Positions 1 to 14,380 of a stretch of DNA of 64,000 nucleotides are shown here, piece by piece. The position numbers were made by a program, and so were the translations under genes. This DNA is from Obrimoposthia wandeli (taxonomy: Eukaryota): positions 868,001-932,000 of the forward strand of contig CDROCS010000777.1 in NCBI GenBank assembly GCA_977020255.1, read 5' to 3'. Numbering within the stretch: the stretch's first letter is position 1; the number at the start of each line of letters is the position of its first letter. Under the pieces are notes generated by a model. It saw only the letters and a program-made list of their open reading frames with translations. It was not told the origin of the DNA and made no database searches.

Positions 1-1649
1 AAGTATTGATACACGTAATATTCATCAGAACTTAATTAAAATAAGCAATAATAGTGACCAGTAGGGAGGTCCATTTAAAATAATATAATTTTTAAGTCAA
101 CAAGTATTAATTCAGTTTCCAATAGAAATCGTCCCCAGGAGAATCGGATGGCTGAAGAAGTGTAATGACGAATAGTGAAGGGGAGAGTTATGTAATCTGA
201 AACATGAAATATCCTACCGAGAATATATATTCATGAAAACTCCGTAGACATGAATAAATATTGTGTTTATCGAATCTGACTCTTTTGATTTGTCTACGAT
301 ATAAAACATAACTGATTATTTTTAAATTGAAAGTAATTTAGTATAATATAATTACAACACCATATTTCATTTTAATATGACCTCATCCCAACTGTAGCAG
401 GCAAAGTACAGCCCTCGCGGGTAACAGCCCAACCTCAGCCGAGAGTCACCTTTAATAAGAGAAAATTGTGAATGTAAAATGTTTAAAATTAATATTTGAT
501 TTAACCTCTATTTTAATAATGAAGTTTATAAAACTTTATAACAGTTATGTTTTTATCGTAGACATAATTCAAGAGTTACACAACACAATTTATATTATAC
601 AGGTTTAGAATCTTTGAAGCCGTTTATTTAGCATTTTTAAATTTCAATATATTCTGAATATTTATATACATCTTCAACATACATTTCGTTGTCAATATTC
701 CACTTAATAAGTGCTTCAACATATTTACCAATTTCTTTTATTAAATGTCATCACATCGTTTTATACTTATAAAGTACAAATAAAGAAACCGTAATAATTT
801 ATTTCGTATTTTTATCAAAAAATAATGTTTTATGAGAAAAGATATTACTAAACTAATATATGTATTTTTTAAATATGATTAAGTTTTTCGTGCAATATTT
901 ATTTTAAAGATAGGATTTATTACATTACAGGATTTATAGGATTTATAATATATAAAAAATGATTTATTAATTTTAGTTTAAATGAATTATAAAACTTTAT
1001 TAAATATATTATTCAAAAATTAACAAATTTTTACCTCTTGAGCATTGTTCATTGAAAAATAGATTGTAAAAAATTGAAAATTTTTTTTTTTTTTTTGAAA
1101 AGAAATAATTTTAAAAACCGATTTAATAATTTTAATTTGAACAATCTTTAATGGTAGAATATTTTACTATTAATAAATTAAGGTAGTTAGTTTGCTTTTA
1201 AAAACGAAATCAAATGTTACAAAATCATCTACTTCCATTTTAAGGTACATGAATAATTTAAAATTAAAATGTAATTTTTGCGTATTTTAAAATAAGAGTT
1301 ACCAAAATAGTGTAGTAGATTACATTCTTTAAAGTTACACTAGAAAGTTTATCAGTAGATATTTAGACATAGATCCAAAAATACATTTAATTTTCATAAA
1401 ACATTGTTGAGATATCATACACCTCAAATCTTAAAAATGAGTAGATAAGTAATTTATAATAATTCAAGCATAAAAATTCAAAAGGAATTCAAATAATATT
1501 GGGTACTCTGTTGAAGAGTTGATTATTATTAGCAGAATAGAATCAAATACAGTAAAAATATTATCCATAAAATAAATTAAATAGGAGCAATGAGATGACG
1601 ATGACGGGTTGGTAGTAAAGTGGTGAAAGTAGAAGGTCCTTATAAAAGT

Positions 1650-1945
1650 TAAAAGTTGTTTTACCAAGGTGATTTGGTAAAATGTGATAAGTTAAAAAGT
1701 GAAAATCACAGATAAGAATAAAAATCAGAATATGTAAATGTATTCAAAAAAAAGTTGTTTTACCAAGGTGATTTTGTAAAATGTGATAAGTTAAAAAAAT
1801 GAAAATCACAGATAAGAATAAAAATCAGAATATGTAAATGTATTCAAAAAAAAGTTGTTTTACCAAGGTGATTTTGTAAAATGTGATAAGTTAAAAAGTG
1901 AAAATCACAGATAAGAATAAAAATCAGAATATGCAAATGTATTCA
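1650..1945. repeat. Tandem repeat, ~100-bp unit x3
   Basis: Unit AAAAGTTGTTTTACCAAGGTGATTT(G/T)GTAAAATGTGATAAG...GTAAATGTATTCAA recurs at ~1651, ~1750 and ~1850. Confidence 0.9.
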
Positions 1946-4062
1946 ATTAAAATACTACCCGAACGTTAAAACATGCTCCCATGGTTATTTAACAATAATC
2001 ATCTTCATTATTGTAGTCTCAGATAATTTGGGTCTTTAATAATTAGAACATAAAGGTCATCGTCTTTTTCGTTGGCTGGAAATGGATCTCGGTTTAATTC
2101 GGTAATCATTGGAGGATAAATATATTTACTTGCCTGTTTATATCTCATTCTAAACCATTTGAGTATCAAAACTATTAAAATGTAATGATTAGTTACAAAA
2201 TACAATTATTTAAAAAATTGAATATTGTCCACTAATGCTCTTTTAGTCAATTTACACAGATACTTGGATAAAACTAGTTAAATCATTTAAAATTCCAAAT
2301 TATATGCTTTGAGGTAAACAATTTTTATTGGATTTTAATTCAATTTATTTTGAGTTGTACTATTTTCTGTACATTTTTTCATAATATATTATAATAAAAT
2401 TATAGATTTACTTACATTTATCTCTGAAGCAGAGGCTTAATAATCCAATCAACTAAAATTTCAAAAACTAAATCGTTGTAAAAATGCTATATATTAGCTA
2501 AGGTTAGAAATCTAAACAAATAACCACCCATACAATAGGAAGAGCGTTAAAAATCTAAGACCCCTATGCATGAAATAGCTGAGCATGTATGAAACAAACC
2601 TATATATAGAATGTCGGGAATGTCACTTCAACAATCAGAAAAAGGTTTTGAATTATTTAACCATGAATATCACTAAAAACCGAATACCAATGTCAAATCG
2701 ACATCAAAATCTCCAATACCAGTGTCGAAAAAAAATACCTGAATCCTGTGATACGTCAAGATCCCGAGTGCTGGAGTACGTCTGCGTGGGGGAACTAATG
2801 TGCTCTATGATGACCTCACCATCGCGACGATCGAAATTGCCGCATAAAATCAGTTCAGTATCCCACCCCATCACTCTGCCATATCCTACTGGCTAGATAC
2901 TTCTTCTTGGGCAGCGAAAATCAATAAGGAATCCTCTCTCCCGAGACAAAATTTATGCCCCAATATTGGATATTAACATCTATGCATTATTTAGCAGATT
3001 ATGGTCATCACAAAAGATGCATGTCATCGGGATTTCATTTGCGCATATGGATGCCAGTTTTCGTTCACTCCTGAGCAGTGTATCAATTGGGGAAATTTGC
3101 AGAAATGTTAGCTTAATACCAATAATATTTGGACCGTATATCAGACATTAATTGCTTCATTGCTATTCTCTAAGCGAGTGTTAGGGAGACATTTAGAAAT
3201 TTGCTAAGACAACTGTGAAAAAATAGGCAAACATTATTTTTAATTTGTAACATTGAAGATGATTGAAAATAAAACTGAGGCTAAATTTATTTGAATTTAA
3301 TAAATTGTATAAAAAAGAAGTTGCATACATATTATTAAATCATATTTATTAGATATTAGTATTATATTAAATATATGATTACCCTTACGGAAATAAGTCA
3401 TTATTAGCCAGCAATTTATAAATGTGCTTGTCATAAACATAAAATGCTATGGTAAGTTATGAATAAAATAATTAAAACGGAACATTAATGATATTACTTC
3501 ACTTTATTGGTTATATTCGTCGATATTTTATTTACGTAATACAATAATTAATATTTTATTGAGCTATATTTAGTTTAATTTAGTAATGAATAAAAACCGG
3601 ATAAAACTTGAAAACATTTTACCTAATATTTTGTGTTTAAAGACTTTTTAGTCGACTAAATTGCAATCTTGTTCTTTATTTCGAATTTTTAAAGATATGT
3701 ATAACTATATCATTTGATTTTTTGATTATTTAACTTATTTTAAAATTATAATTTTACATTTCAAAATGTAATCCGAATATTCCAAATATTTGGAAAAAAC
3801 CTTTACAAATGAAAACGTAATTTTAATAACTTAAATAATTCAGAGATGAGAAGTTTTTTGACAACTATATGTTCTGGCAAAAGTACTTCAGATGAAGCAA
3901 CAATTCGTGTATAAACTGTTTTTAGATTTTTTGAGGTTTTTATTGGCTTATTTTGGGGTTTTAAGCACGTTTTTCTGCACTTTTAATTTAAATTTAAATA
4001 AAAATTTATTTTGATTTTTAAAAGCAAAGTAAGCAATAAAAGTATGTACATCAAATTTATTT

Positions 4063-4268
4063 TCTATCGCTTCGGGTGAATCAACTAATACAACGGAATC
4101 AGCACCGATTTTCGATTTTGTTCGGGCAATAACAGAACATTTTCTTTGCTACGAAGAGTTATTCGCTTTAGGCATTCCTGTGAGAGAACACGAGAGAGAT
4201 TCCATGAAGCTGGTCTGAATTTGGCAAACTTTTTAAAGGGCATGACAGGAAAACTTGAAGGGTTTGTT
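4063..4268 (+). pseudogene. Decayed hAT (Buster/SPIN-type) transposase fragment
   Basis: Reads SIASGESTNTTESAPIFDFVRAITEHFLCYEELFAL and ..GMTGKLEGFV, matching the SLALDESTD..AQLLIFVR..EELL and DGAPAMxGxxxGFV motifs; contains stops and frameshifts. Confidence 0.6.
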
Positions 4269-4539
4269 GAACAGATGAAAAAGTAATATCAGATCTGCAG
4301 GGTGAGGAAACAAAATGTGGAATGAATATATATTACATCAATTCCTTAGTAACCAGTCATTTGTTTAAATTTGCAATAAATTCAAAATATTAGGTAACTA
4401 TTTTAACTTATTTTTAGTGAAATTTAGATAAATGAGTTTCCAGAAAGACAAAGGACAAAGGATATATGATTAACTCTACACAGGTATTAATCCTGAAACT
4501 ATCTCCATCACAATTGGAGTCGCATCACAGACGGTTTAC

Positions 4540-5160
4540 TCGTCGAAGAGTGCTTGGGTTTGGGTAATAGAGAGCAAAGAAAGTCTGATATTGGCGGCAG
4601 CAACAAAAAACCCAATAGACCCATGAGAAATATGGCTACAGAGCTTGAAGTGGATTCTAGGACCATCCAGATGGTTGCACATGAAGACATGGTCATCCAT
4701 TCATACAATAGAACCCCTAGGCTCCTTCTCAATGAGCACATGAAGGAGAGGAGACTGGAACGGAGCAAAATAGTGCTCACATGTGTGAAGACCTACGGGT
4801 GAACGGTGATAATCTTTTTTGACGAGAAAGTATCCTCAAAGGAATTTGTTACAAACCGCCGTAACGATCGATTACTGATGTCAATGGGGCTTACCGTACA
4901 ACGCACCCAGTCCAAGTCATAATTTTTTGGCAGTGGCGGCAGATGGGGAAAAAGATATCTTCTTCATTTTTCAGACCAAGAGAAAATGTTGAGACTGATT
5001 TGTACTACAAGATTCTGAGGTATTATGTTCTGCCTCGGTTGAAGAAGGAGTACCCTGAAGATAACTATGTGTGGACCCAGGATTGGACACCCGCTCATTA
5101 GACTAAGCAAATTTTTCAAAAAGTTTCATTTTCAACTCTTATAGGAGAATAATCACAAGT
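4540..5160 (+). mobile_element. Decayed Tc1/mariner (maT/DD37D-like) transposase
   Basis: PNRPMRNMATELEVDSRTIQMVAHED...RTPRLLLNEHMKERRLERSK..IFFDEK and YYKILRYYVLP..YVWTQDWTPAH match the HTH and DD..D core of maT-type transposases; interrupted. Confidence 0.7.
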
Positions 5161-5328
5161 GGTATCCTTCACTCTTAATCATTTTGATTTCATACGTTCA
5201 TAATATTAAATTGATGACGAATCTGTGCTTAATATTTGCTAAACTTATTTTTATAAAATGAAAATAAGTAACATCAAAAATGATTAAAAGTCTTGTTTTA
5301 AGTTTAAATTATATGCTTTAAATTAAAT

Positions 5329-6351
5329 GTAACTATGGACAATTTCTTCACTTCTTTGAAACTGGCAGAAAACTTTCACGCCTAACAGACAAGCATTGTT
5401 GGAACTTTGAATCGAATCCACAGGGAGGTACCCCAGAGTGTAAAGTCATCCAAATGCAATAGATATTGCACACACATTCTCAGAACAGACAAATGCACTC
5501 TCACAGTGTATCAGTCAAAGCCAAATAAGAATGTTCTACTATTGAGTTCTATGCACAGAAGTGTAGCAGTTGATAATCAAAAGAAGAGACTCCCTGAGAC
5601 TGTTGCGTATTATAATAATACGAAATACGGTGTTGATGCCTTGGATCAGATGGCCAGAAGGTATAGTACTAAAAATAGTTCCCGGCGATGGCCCATCCAA
5701 GTGTTCTATAATATGTTAGATTTAGCTGGCATAAATGCAGTAATATTGTACATGGAGGTCACTGGCGAGAAAATATCTCGCAAAGATTTTCTACTTTCTC
5801 TTGCGACAGAAATGCAACAAGCTTTCAAGAAGAGTGTGGCCACAAACGATGATATTGAAAGTGACATTGAGGTTGAAGAGGTAGTGGCATCTAACAAAAG
5901 GAAGCAATGTCAAGTCAGACTATGCAAAAACAACAAAGCCGCAGAAACATGTTACAAATGCAAAAAACAAACTTGTGGAAAATGTACTAGCAAAGTTTTC
6001 AAAAAACTGTTGTGCAAAAAATGTGACAAATAATTTATCTCGTCGTCGTTACCAAAAATAAATACTTTTATTTGTTCTAATTTTATTGAAGGATTTAATA
6101 TTCTATAATATAATTACTTTAATGTGTTATTTCATATAAATTAATCCATGATTGTACTTTATAACATTATAGTTGTTTATGTTTTTTATAAACATCGAAA
6201 AGGTTCTATACCTTGTTTTGATTACCTCTATTGAATAAATAATTATTTATTAACCATAAATGACCGCGTATAATAGAAAAATATGAAAAGCAGTCATTTT
6301 GACTGCCTGGTAGTTTTAGAAGTTTTAAATGCGTGGTAGTTCTGGTGTTAA
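5329..6351 (+). mobile_element. 5'-truncated piggyBac element (transposase C-terminal half plus right end)
   Basis: VTMDNFFTS motif at ~5329, ORF 5407-6033, and right terminus ...GGTAGTTCTGGTG followed by TTAA (6348-6351). Confidence 0.85.
5407..6033 (+). pseudogene. piggyBac transposase C-terminal fragment with Cys-rich domain
   Basis: VLLLSSMH, YNNTKYGVDALDQM, SRRWPIQVFYNMLD and a C-terminal CxxC cluster (CQVRLC..CYKCKKQTCGKC..CKKC) are diagnostic piggyBac motifs; the N-terminus is missing. Confidence 0.85.
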
Positions 6352-6579
6352 CATATCATTTCCAAATATGTTAAATACAATCTTGAATTTCAAAATGAAA
6401 ACAAAATTATTTTATAAGTTATAATATTTGCTAATCTATTTTAACAATAGCAATAATAGTAAGATATTTAATTAAGAGTTAATATTAAATAAATCGATGA
6501 TTTATTACTTAAAGTGCTTCGGTTATTTTTCATAATTATTTATGAATAGTAAAGTATTCAACTGCTTCTTGAATCTTTA

Positions 6580-7500
6580 AACATTTGCACAGTTTCTTAT
6601 ATCCATCAGTAAATTGTTGTAAAGATTCAAAGCATAAATTTCCAATATTCAATCAATCTGTTTGTTATTTGAGATTTTGACAAATTTGTGAGTTTTTGTG
6701 AGAAAATGCATTTTTTGATCTGGAATTCCATATTCGCTTTGATCGGTATCCAATGAAGCTTCATTAAGTGTTCGCTTGTACTAACTTTTGACAATATCGT
6801 AACATCAGTTTTTCAGGCTTTGTTTCGGTCAATTATATGGAAATAATAAGAAACAATATAAATTAACTCTCTATGTAGATTTTCACTGGAGTAAACCTTC
6901 TGAGTTTTTTTATAGCAGAAGAAATAATATTGAGATTGCACGGAAACTTTTTAATCGCCGAAAAAGTTCTGAATGATATTTAACGACTGTTAATAATGTT
7001 CCCCAACGAGTTATAACTGGCTCAGGCGGAAGTAGCCCAGCAGTGGTTTCAACAAACTGAGCACTGAAATTTGCAGCTTTCCACAACTTGATTTTACGGA
7101 TGAAACTAAAACAATGACATAAAGAAACATCGACCTTACACTCTGCAACTTTGTGTAGGGCATGTAATAAACAAGATAAATGTATTGATTTAGTTACATA
7201 ATTTTTGGAGTCTTTAAAAGATTTTATCATTTATGGCACTGAATCTGATAAGGCGTGTCTTATTAAGCTGAAGATAGGGGGAAGATGAAAGATTTGTTTT
7301 TCCCATATCCTTATGTTGATAATTAATATCCCTGTCGTAACATAAAATAGAAATTAAGATCGAGAATCCTGTTTCCTCTCCAACTAGGTGTATGGATTTA
7401 TCACATATAATTGTAACTCTTTCAGCTCGTCGTCATTATTAATATACTTTTTTCTGGTTGTTGATTTATCATGACAAGAGTAAATAGTAAATGCTTCTGT
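6580..7500 (-). mobile_element. Decayed hAT-related (DUF659-like) transposase, copy 1
   Basis: ORF 6910-7230 has HLSCLLHALHKVAE and LPPEPVITRWGT, matching the CxAH..PEPVxTRWGTW motifs. Boundaries approximate. Confidence 0.65.
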
Positions 7501-8685
7501 TGCAATGTAAGTTGCATTTTAGAATTAAATTAAATAAAGAAACTGAGGAGGTACATTTTGTTTAAATGTATTTCCGTACTCCTGCAGTTTCAGTTTCTGA
7601 GTAAACAAAAATACCAATATGGTATAAATAAGATTTTAAAATGTGCATTAGTCACAATTTCAAGTTTCAAATATCGATTATGTGTGATGAAAAAAAGATA
7701 TTCAATCTAATTCAGTCTTCAATTTTAATATGATGTCAATGTTCGAGTTAGTAATGATGGAAAGAAGGAAACAAAACAGCTTCAATAAACGACTTATTTT
7801 TTTATTTATTTAATGTATACAACAGGATATTGATTTGTATAAATGACATAGAAATTCTCTCCTGTAAATATTCTGTTTACTAGACCTAGAATCGCTAGTT
7901 GCAATACACGTAGCCGTTATCCGTTGGCTTTCCTTTTTTCACTGTTGTACCATTGTATCATATTGGATAATTGAATAACGTTTCGCAGCCACAATCACTA
8001 CATAATATTTGCAATATAAATAAATATTTTACATATTTAAAAACTTGAAATTTAAGATATTTTTTAAAAATTTGGAGCTTCAATTTAAAAAATGTAAATA
8101 ATTTAAATTATTAGTTTAGATTTATACATTATTCCTAAAATATTATCATTTTTATAAGTTATTGAAGAAACTATATTAATATTTTAGTATCAAATTAAAT
8201 TTTTTAACTATGTTTTTAGCAAAAAATAACCGGTTTCTTATAATAACTATGTAAAAATTAATGATTTTTAATAACCACGTGGATAAAACTAGATGGTGTA
8301 AGTGGGTAGTTAAGCAGCACTTAAATAAACATAATCGATTCCATGGATCATATTAACAAAAACTGTAACTTATCAATATTTGAAAAACATGCTCGATCCA
8401 TTTACATTTCCAGAACATACAAAAAACAAATTAAATATTTCATTAAGCATGAAAATAATTGTTTACGTGTTGATTAGTCTAATACTGGCTTATCTACCAA
8501 TGAATTTCTTGTGGAGACATGTTTCTTCTCTGACGAACATTACAATTAGACCTATAGAACAAGATAAGGATTATTAGAAAGAAATTGGTCAAGAAAGAAT
8601 TTTTTCCAGTAATATTTAAGTAGCTAGATAAAAATTATAAAATAAAAAAACCCTGATTATCCGGATGATAAAATAATAATAATAA

Positions 8686-9948
8686 TGTTGAGATTAGGAA
8701 ACTAAAAAATAATAAAAATAAACAAGCTATTTATAGTGGTAGATTTAACCTTAAAATAATAAAAGTTAGGAGAATAAAATAATTAATTGCACAAAAATTA
8801 GAAGTTGTAACTAAATAAAAATTTAAGTAAGGTTAAAGTTATGTGTATATAAGTTGAACAAAAATGCGTGAAAGGGTACAAATGAGGAGATAAAGAAATC
8901 CAGGAAAAAACGAAAATAAATAAATTATATAAGAAAAATTATTCGTGGGAAACGAAACAGTTGCTCCATTAGCAACTAAGTGAAGCAAGAAAAATTCCAT
9001 TAGTGGAGCACAAGTCGGAGATTTTCCCGGGCGAGTTTCTTGAGGTACATTGAGTGAAATTGTCCTGCATCGCTCAAATTAATTATTTCAGATTTTAGAA
9101 GAGAATTGCGAGCCACAGCACAGAACTCAAAAGTACAAGAAATTGGAGAAACACTATAAAAGCGAAAAGAAGTGCAGTTATTGAACAGAATCAAAAAACT
9201 GAAATTATGGAAATTGATCAAAGATTGGAGAGATTTGCAGGAGACATCATAAATTGAATCGTGAGTTGACCTATTTCGTGTAAACATTTATCATAAATTA
9301 AATTGTTGGGTATCTAAATAGGATACGTGTGGGAGTTGTAAACACACTTTTGGTATTTCGAATAAAAAACGAATCAAGGTATAAGCAACTAGCTAATTAG
9401 ACGGGTAATAGGGCACGGGGAATAAGTTGAAGGGTGATTATAGCGAGAGGTATATAACTGTATACGCATAAGGAAAGTGTCAACCCCGTTTTATTCAGTA
9501 TTAGTGTTAGGAATTTTTACGTGTGTTAAGTAATATAGTTGTTTTAGAGAAATCGATCAGAAAACTTATTTAGGACCAATTTTCTTGCGAACGTCTTTGC
9601 CTCTAACATATAGGCTACCCGAGATACAACCCACGAGACAATACTCCAAATGCTGACAGATTCAGAGAAATATTGTCTGCGTCGATTAGTCCCGACTCTG
9701 TTTACTGATATCCCTCTACGTTACACCACACCACACTAGTTTTGGGAATTCTATCCTTTTTGTGAACACAACTCTTTGAACACACCACAAATCAATAAGA
9801 CACAAAACCTTCAGATTGAAACTAAGATTAAGTAGAACACGAACAGGTGGGCCATATCCACCTGTAAGCCCTATCGCTACAGAACTCACGTTGGGGGCCT
9901 CCATACGAGGATCTACTTGAATAAGAGTTCCAATTAGAAACCCCAACA
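8686..9948 (+). mobile_element. Solo LTR (1263 bp) of a related Ty3/Gypsy family
   Basis: TGTTG...CAACA termini and a 4-bp TSD ATAA (8682-8685 / 9949-9952). The 3' end shares ACCTTCAGATT, GAACTCACGTTGGGG and AGAAACCCCAACA with the giant element's U5. Confidence 0.85.
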
Positions 9949-11719
9949 ATAATAACAAATAAAAACAAATTTTGTTAATCCAATGTACACACATATTTTG
10001 ACTTGTTGTTATTGTGTATTTTATCTGCCATGTCGGCTAAATGGTTGATGTTTGTGTTTGTCGATGTTATAATTATGTCCCTGGTGTGTTTTGGAAAATG
10101 TTTTAAGAATGTTTATAATATGATGTTTATACTCTCGTGATTTATATGAGGTTCTAATTGTTTTAAAGTATTTTAGAGTCTTTTCAATATATCTGATGGT
10201 TTTGTTTCATCAGTGACTTTTTGGTTGATAATATTTTGTATTAGTTGTATGTTATTTGTGTCTGTTTTTTGTTTGATGAGTTTCGTGAGTTCTGCTATGG
10301 GTGTGTCTGAAATGATGATATCGTTAATTTCCTAAGCTATTTCTTTTCAGGTTTCTGTAGGTAGTTTTGAAAGTATTTTTGCAAAATTTCATGTTCTGGT
10401 AGGTTATAATTGTGTTTCAAGGCACTGTGTGTGAGGCTTATCCATTGATCAGGTGTGTTGTTGTGGTCGGGGAAATATGTTCGAATTGTGATGTGTGGAT
10501 TGTTGTTTGATTTTGTATGTAGTTTGTGTTTGTGAGTGTGTTTGGGAAAGTGGGCTGGTACATCGGTGTGTTGTTGTTTGATTGAACCTTTTTCCTATTT
10601 GGAAGGTTTGTAGTAGAATTGATATTTGTGGATTTATATTTAGACTTATGAGGCTTGTGCACAAAGCTGCTAACACCTCACTATAATAGAGTCTGTAGTG
10701 AAATAAGTATATATGTAGTATGGTGTTTGAGTTGTTGCAGTATTTATTTTAAAAATGAAGGACTTATAAGAACAAGTGATACACAATGATAATGATAAAT
10801 TATATAGTTGTGTTGTCACTGTGCTGGTAACGCTGCTCGAAGTTGGTGGTGTTGATACTGGTAGTTGTAGTTGTAGTTGATTGTAGATGGAATGGTTCGG
10901 CGATGAGTAGTAGGCACTGTAATTGGAAGATTGATGAGGCAGGCCGTCTACCTTTTCTGGTCAGAGTTGCAATGATGACGATGATGATAATGACCAGGCT
11001 GCTGCTGGTGTAGCTGTATCTGTTTCTGCAGTTGCTTCTTAGAAAAGAAGTCAAAGTCGGATTTGTGATAGTGTGGGATTGAGGGAATTGAGAAAAGTAA
11101 GAAGAACATGAGTTTGTTGGATGATGATAAGTTTATTTGAGATGGTTCTTCTTCTGAATGTTTTTAAATATTGAATATATATTTTGATCTTCTGACACCC
11201 AGTGTTATGTTTGAGATTGAAGGAAGCTTGAGTAGACTGAGGGACCACAATGGAGAAGACGATTCTAAATTCCCGTAACGAAGCTTCTAATTGAATTAAC
11301 TAAACATCGGATGTTAATTGTAATATCATAAATCGATTAACATAATAAACATAAATATTAAAAAAACATCTTTGCTAGTAATACAAATAGGAGAGAGAGG
11401 GTGCAATACAGAATAGGGGTCATCACAATATATATTATTATATAACGAGATATAATTATTTTAATAACATTTTCATAATAAGCTTTCCCATTTAAACTAG
11501 AAATATGCTAGAAAATATGAAAACAGTTGATTAATTAAAACAAACGGTTCGTTTTTCTGATCTAATTTTTTACCATTATTAATCGCAACGGCGTCCAAAT
11601 TATATAAATATTTTTAATCATATTTATTTATTTCACTCGAAATTCAGCTACAGCAAAAGAACCGATACTGTTGTTGAAGAAAAATTGAGCCTGAAGTTAG
11701 TGGAGTCATCGAGGACAAT

Positions 11720-12000
11720 TTATCATTTGCTAACCCCAACTAGTCCAAAACTGAGTCAAGACACAGGGAAAAACTCCTCCTGGGTTGATACCGACAGAAA
11801 CTTAATGTCTGCATACTAAATCAGCTCCTCGTTCGCAGCATTTCTTCCGTACCGTTGACTGTATCATTCTCTTTGCGCAGAGTTGCATACACCTTAATAC
11901 ACACACGCGCGCGCTGTGATGAGGCATCACTCTCCCTGAGATTCCCCACCAAAATTATCCACCTACTGCCAATATCGACAGTACAATCCTCCAGCCAGAT
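11720..12000 (-). pseudogene. Decayed hAT (SPIN-like) transposase fragment
   Basis: Minus strand reads LRESDASSQRARVCIKV, GTEEML and FSLCLDSVLD*LGLANDKLSSMT, weakly matching LDESTD..AQL.IFIRGV, TEELL and KLxSVTTDG. Confidence 0.45.
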
Positions 12001-13199
12001 TTTAGAGGGAGATCTATGCTGAAATTGATTATGTGGTACTAGTTTCGAGAAAAGGGTTCTTCCTCAAATCTCGTGTAGGCTGTGTGAATCATCTGAAAGT
12101 AAGGGTGTATTAAACTCATTGATTTTTAAGACAGCTTCCTATCTGCAAGTTTATTTTGTAATGACTTGAATTTTAAACATGTTAAAGATAATATAAATGC
12201 TAATATTTATTGAAAGACTGTTGTGTTCAGATATTTATTGAGAATGAATTTCCCAGAAATAAAAGAGTCGAATCAAAATATAAAAAGCACACATGTGTCA
12301 AAAGCCACGTAATACATCTTTACCACATGAAAACTTCAAAGTTTCCAAATTTTCTGAAACGTACGATAAGGATATGATTTGACAGCTTGCTTCAGGTCGT
12401 CTTTAACTACGGTAATAAGAGCTCCACGACCTACTTCATCTTCTAAGTCAGTGATACCAGACGATAACTATTCAAACCATCTTTGAATGGTTATTTCATG
12501 AGAAAAACCTTCACTAAATTATATATTTATATTTCTTCATACTCCAGCTGTCATGTGACTTTTTTATATTCCAATAACAAACAATTCACATTTTGGTTAT
12601 GATACATTTTAAATTCTGAGCCAATTTTGTATTATAAAGATCAAAAAATTATAACAAAAATTCTACATATCATATAAATGTAATGAACGCACAATAAATG
12701 AATAATGTGGGTACATAATCTGATTCATTAAAACTAGTATAAAGAATTATTGAAATTCGTTCATTGAAAATCAATATTAATATTGTAACAACCTTATACA
12801 TAAAAACAATTCAAACATACGCGCCAAAAAAGTTACAGTAAGTTATTCTTATACGAAAATTTGATTGAATATCTTAAATTCGGCTCATAATTGCAACAGA
12901 GTAGGTAGTGGCCTTGATTTCAACCATTTTCATGAAATATTGATATCGGTATTGAAAATGTAAAAATCAAAGCCATTCTACTCTTTTGTAATTTAAAAAC
13001 GGAAATCAAAATATTACATTTAATGTAATTTGTGGTGTATTTTGTCAGTATTTTATTGTAAATCGAGTATAAATGACATCTGAGTATAATAGTAGTTAAA
13101 TTAATATATACCTAATTTTCAGCAATAAAGAAGTTATTTTTGATAAATATTATTAAGTTAATAATATTAATCAATCGTAAACCCATAAATCGAATACAT

Positions 13200-14380
13200 T
13201 TTGCATTATGACGTCGAAGAAGAAAATAAAATATGAAGAAGAAAATAGAACCTTTAAAATTTTAGAAGATTTTTTCCTTTCACTGATAAAAATGGTAAAT
13301 CTTTATGTCTTATCTGCTATGCATTATGTTCATTATAAAGCTAGTAACTTAAAACATCATTAAGAAAATAATCATGCTACTTTTTCTATTGAATATTATG
13401 TTAATTCTGAATTACGAACAACAGAAAATCAGTGCTTTAAAATCAAGTTTGTGTAGCCAGCAGACACTTCTACCGTCATTTACCAAGGAAGCTGAAACTG
13501 CAATGTAAGTTAGATTCGTTTTGGCTTGGAATATTGGTCTAGTTGGAGTTTTAAACGGTGATTCGAAATTTTCTCTATTCATTGTATTATTCACTGGGAA
13601 CATCTCGTTACCAAGTATTTTAAATATGACAATGTTATGAAAACAGTTAAACAAATTTACAATTATATCCATTTAAATGCATAAGGTCATAACTAATTCA
13701 GAAACTTTCTTGAAGAACTGGATCTGAAATATAATTTAAATGATATTTCATACTATGGTCTCGTTAAGTGGTTTTCAACTAGAAACGTCTTAGGCCGATT
13801 CGTTTAATTCTTGGTACAAATTCCTGATTTTCTTAAATCAAAGGAAAAATGTTGTTCACAATTACAATTGACGAAGGGACCCAAGATTTAATGTTTCTAC
13901 TGATGTAATGCAAAATGAATCATTTAGCTCTTCAGAAGAAGGATAAAAATATTCATGATTTAATTTAGCCTTTTAACAATTTTCATAACGAAATGAAGCT
14001 TTTTCAAAACGATCTAATTACAAAATAAAAATAGTTTTCCTAATATTAAGGATAATTAAACAATGCACAGGATCAAAAACCTAAAGAGTATCTAAATTGC
14101 AAGATTTAGATGATGATTTTCGACTAAGATTCGATGATTTCGAGAATCTAAAATATTTTATCAGTTTTCTTGTTAATCCATTTCTGGTTCATGTAATTGC
14201 AGAATGTTTTCCAAGTCTCAAAACTTTAGTCAACGAAACATCTCTTGCAGAGTTGGAATTATTAGATATCCAGGAGGATAAGGATTTGCAAATGATAAAA
14301 CCGTCCTGGCTGCAATTACAGATTATCAGTCGGATTTCAAGAAGCTTCCCAGAAGCATGAAAATACAAAAAGCTTCAACA
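13200..14380 (+). mobile_element. Decayed hAT (Buster/SPIN, GTF2IRD2-like) transposase
   Basis: SKKRKYEEENRTF..NGKSLCLIC (BED-finger region), VKWFSTRNVLGRF (VRWLSRG motif), and ORF 14097-14360 DFRLRFDDF..NPF..ELELLDIQ. Confidence 0.75.

Noticed and set aside
2585-3151. Short ORFs as host exons
   Set aside because: No domain similarity or clear splice structure; probably decayed TE sequence.
10030-11270. Penelope-like or LINE ORF1 remnant on the minus strand
   Set aside because: Low-complexity Q/T/N/H-rich frames with no diagnostic motif.
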